From Heptranchias perlo (taxonomy: Eukaryota): DNA of 64,000 nt. The stretch lies in contig NC_090326.1 of assembly GCF_035084215.1 (NCBI RefSeq), forward strand, positions 137,020,001 to 137,084,000, in the 5' to 3' direction. The notes under the pieces were generated by a model. The model did no database searches. It worked only from the letters and a program-made list of their open reading frames with translations, and had not been told where the DNA came from. A program made the position numbers and the translations under genes. This document shows positions 62,446 through 64,000 of this stretch, piece after piece (the first letter of the stretch is position 1; the number at the start of each line of letters is the position of its first letter).

Positions 62446-62785
62446 TAACATAAGAACATAAGAAATAGAAGCAGGAGTAGGCCATACGTGCCCTCCAGCT
62501 TGCTCCGCCATTCAATAAGATCATGGCTGATGATCTACCTCAAAACCTCTTTCCCGCCCTATCCCTTGATTCCCTTAGTGTCCAAAAATTTATCAATCTC
62601 AGTCTTGAATATACTCAATGACTGAGCATCCACAGCCCTCTGGGGTAGAGAATTCCAAAGATTCACAACCCTCTGAGTGAAGAAATTTTTCCTCACTTCG
62701 GTCCTAAATGGCCGACCCCTTATCTTGATACTATGACCCTTAGTTCTAGACTCTCCAGCCAGGGGAACAGCCTCTCAGCACCTTC
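62446..62785 (-). mobile_element. CR1 3' fragment, possibly inside a small TIR element (about 62374-62897)
   Basis: cataagaacataagaaatag tail. Flanking imperfect inverted ends GGCCCGGAATTTCCT and AGGAATTTCCAGGCC. Confidence 0.75.
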
Positions 62786-64000
62786 TATTAGCCTGCTACC
62801 ACAATTTGGGATGAGGGTCAGAGACAGAGCAGAATTGGTGGACAGCCACCCAATGGCATGTCCACTAGCATAACAGTGCGCAAGGAATTTCCAGGCCAAT
62901 ATATCTAAACTCAAGTACCATCATGACTACAGTTAAACTTGTTTTGGAATCCATTTTAGGTTCAGTTAAATTTCTTTGACAGGACAATTAACCAGACAGA
63001 CATCAACTGCTGTAGTTTTACTCTGATTTAGTCAACAATTACCTGAATATCAATGTAAAGGAAAAACTGATATAACTACAGCACTCCTGAATTTTTAATT
63101 ATTAAATAAAATTCTTTTCAACATTAAAAATGTGTGTTGAGAAGTAAAATCATTAGTGTCCTTGGAAGTAACGCTTCTTTAATTGAAATCCTGTTATTAC
63201 CAAATCTTGCCATTTACACGGCGGGGCAGATTTAGCAATGATAGACGTGTAATGTACAAGATTGGCACATAGACAGTTGTTCATAAGCAATGTCAAAGTG
63301 ACTTTACAGTAACTATACATGCACAAACCTTGCATTTCCAATCTTGCCACTCTGGCCAGAACCTTCTCTGGCCAAGACCTTCAATAAGATTGAAAGTCTT
63401 ATATAGGTTAGCAATTGCAAAAGTGCTTTGTTGGGCCATATGTATAGATAGGGTGAGCCACCACAACAATCTGCCCGTGTCAGATCCAAGATGGTGCACT
63501 TGATACCAACTGCTGCAGAACAGCATTTGCAGGGACTTGAGAGCAAGACTCCAGCCATTCTTCTGGGCTACGGAAGATATTTGCAGCAGAAGATGGGTTG
63601 GAGACAATGGGAAATATATTTCAAAAATTATAGAAACAAAGTAACATTTTCTTCAACTTTTTAAAATTAGCACTGATTTGGTGAATCATTGATCGTTCAA
63701 GAAAGAATTGCACTGTATTAATAGAGTAACACAATTTTATCCCATTACAGAATGTTTTCAAAGAGTTTGATGTTTTATTTGCTATAGCTATTTAAATCAA
63801 ATGCAATACATTTCAGAAATATGTATTCACAGTCCTGTTTAAATTTTTCTTTTTAAATTGAGATGTGGCTATTCCACTTATATCCAGGACCTTCTGATGT
63901 CAATTCTACCCTTGACTTCCTTTAGCCTACCTAACTTATCAAAAATTTTCCTTTATGCATCATAATATCACTCTTCTCACTCCGGGATTCACCTCCTCTC

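Noticed and set aside
41420-64000. Upstream ARHGAP12 WW/SH3 exons and the KWRHS-containing exon
   Set aside because: Not found by eye; probably beyond the right edge of the window. The RhoGAP exons probably lie beyond the left edge.

Overview
Vertebrate genomic DNA, most likely a shark or other cartilaginous fish, judging by its repeat families. The window lies inside a minus-strand Rho-GAP gene, ARHGAP12. Six clear GT-AG exons splice in frame through the pre-PH linker, the PH domain and the following acidic/basic linker, and there are three further candidate cassette exons. The introns are filled with transposable elements: CR1 and L2 LINEs, tRNA-derived Deu-domain SINEs, PIF/Harbinger elements and a TA-flanked Tc1/mariner-type element. 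The most striking signal is a series of Penelope-like element (PLE) insertions built as fold-back palindromes with a single unpaired tail, usually a target-site duplication (TSD) and minimal hammerhead ribozyme motifs. They range from a 3.7-kb head-to-head RT/GIY-YIG pair down to 130-280-bp hairpins, and one has captured nearby host DNA in its loop. Also notable are a near full-length EN-RT LINE headed by a tRNA/SINE-like Pol III promoter, a templated inverted insertion and a multi-layer nest of insertions. Most ORFs in the supplied track are repeat fragments or noise. All calls were made by eye without database searches.
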